This document shows, one piece after another, positions 63,690 through 64,000 of a stretch of DNA of 64,000 nucleotides; the first letter of the stretch is position 1, and each line of letters begins with the position of its first letter. Below the pieces are notes generated by a model. It worked only from the letters and a program-made list of their open reading frames with translations, was not told the DNA's origin and did no database searches. The translations under genes and the position numbers were made by a program. The stretch covers positions 11,796,941 through 11,860,940 of the forward strand of contig NC_057720.1 in the NCBI RefSeq assembly GCF_004010195.1, written 5' to 3'. This DNA comes from Chiloscyllium plagiosum (Eukaryota).

Positions 63690-64000
63690 TTGCTTTTATT
63701 TCTGTCCTTATACAGATTATACGCACACTTCTTCCTCCCCTCACCTTCATGGTATTGAAATTGAGATTCATTCTACCTCACTGCCAACAGTTGCAACAAT
63801 AGGCCAGTTAGCTTCAAGTAATTGGGAAAATGTTTGAGAGTCTATTACAAAGAATGCAACAGAAGAGGATTTCAAAATCCATAATCTGATCAAGCAGAGT
63901 CAGCATGAGCTCACAATGACTGATAAATGTATTAGAATTCTTTGAGGGGGTAACATTCAGAAGGGATAAAGGAGAAGCAGGGAGGCAAGATGTTTGCAGT

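Noticed and set aside
1..64000. CRISPR arrays, operons or prokaryotic defence systems
   Set aside because: The window is intron-containing vertebrate DNA; no repeat-spacer arrays or prokaryotic genes were seen.

Overview
Repeat-rich vertebrate genomic DNA, most likely from an elasmobranch (shark), judging by abundant HE1-type V-SINEs, CR1/HER1-type LINEs, Penelope fragments and Deu-domain SINEs. Two host genes can be reconstructed by hand from splice sites. (1) The 3' half of adenylate kinase 5 (AK5) lies on the + strand as eight coding exons between 15346 and 44884, all with canonical AG/GT boundaries and one continuous frame. (2) The last two coding exons of ZZZ3 (ZZ zinc finger and C-terminus) lie on the - strand at 60866-60966 and 58466-58610, tail-to-tail with AK5 as in human. 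The most notable host-gene observation is that the second AK domain of this AK5 is still open and spliceable but has lost most catalytic residues (P-loop G->E, GYPR->GYPQ, LID arginines), so it looks like a pseudo-enzyme domain, while the end of domain 1 is highly conserved. The most notable repeat observation is a set of short Penelope-derived insertions, several with TSDs and fold-back structure, that carry minimal hammerhead ribozyme cores; one sits just downstream of the AK5 stop. The rest is nested retroelements: a near full-length CR1, a Gypsy LTR plus gag, Rex1/Babar, Tx1/L1, a Penelope RT, a microsatellite and two assembly gaps. Homolog comparisons are from recall, not from a database search, and repeat boundaries are approximate unless TSDs are given.
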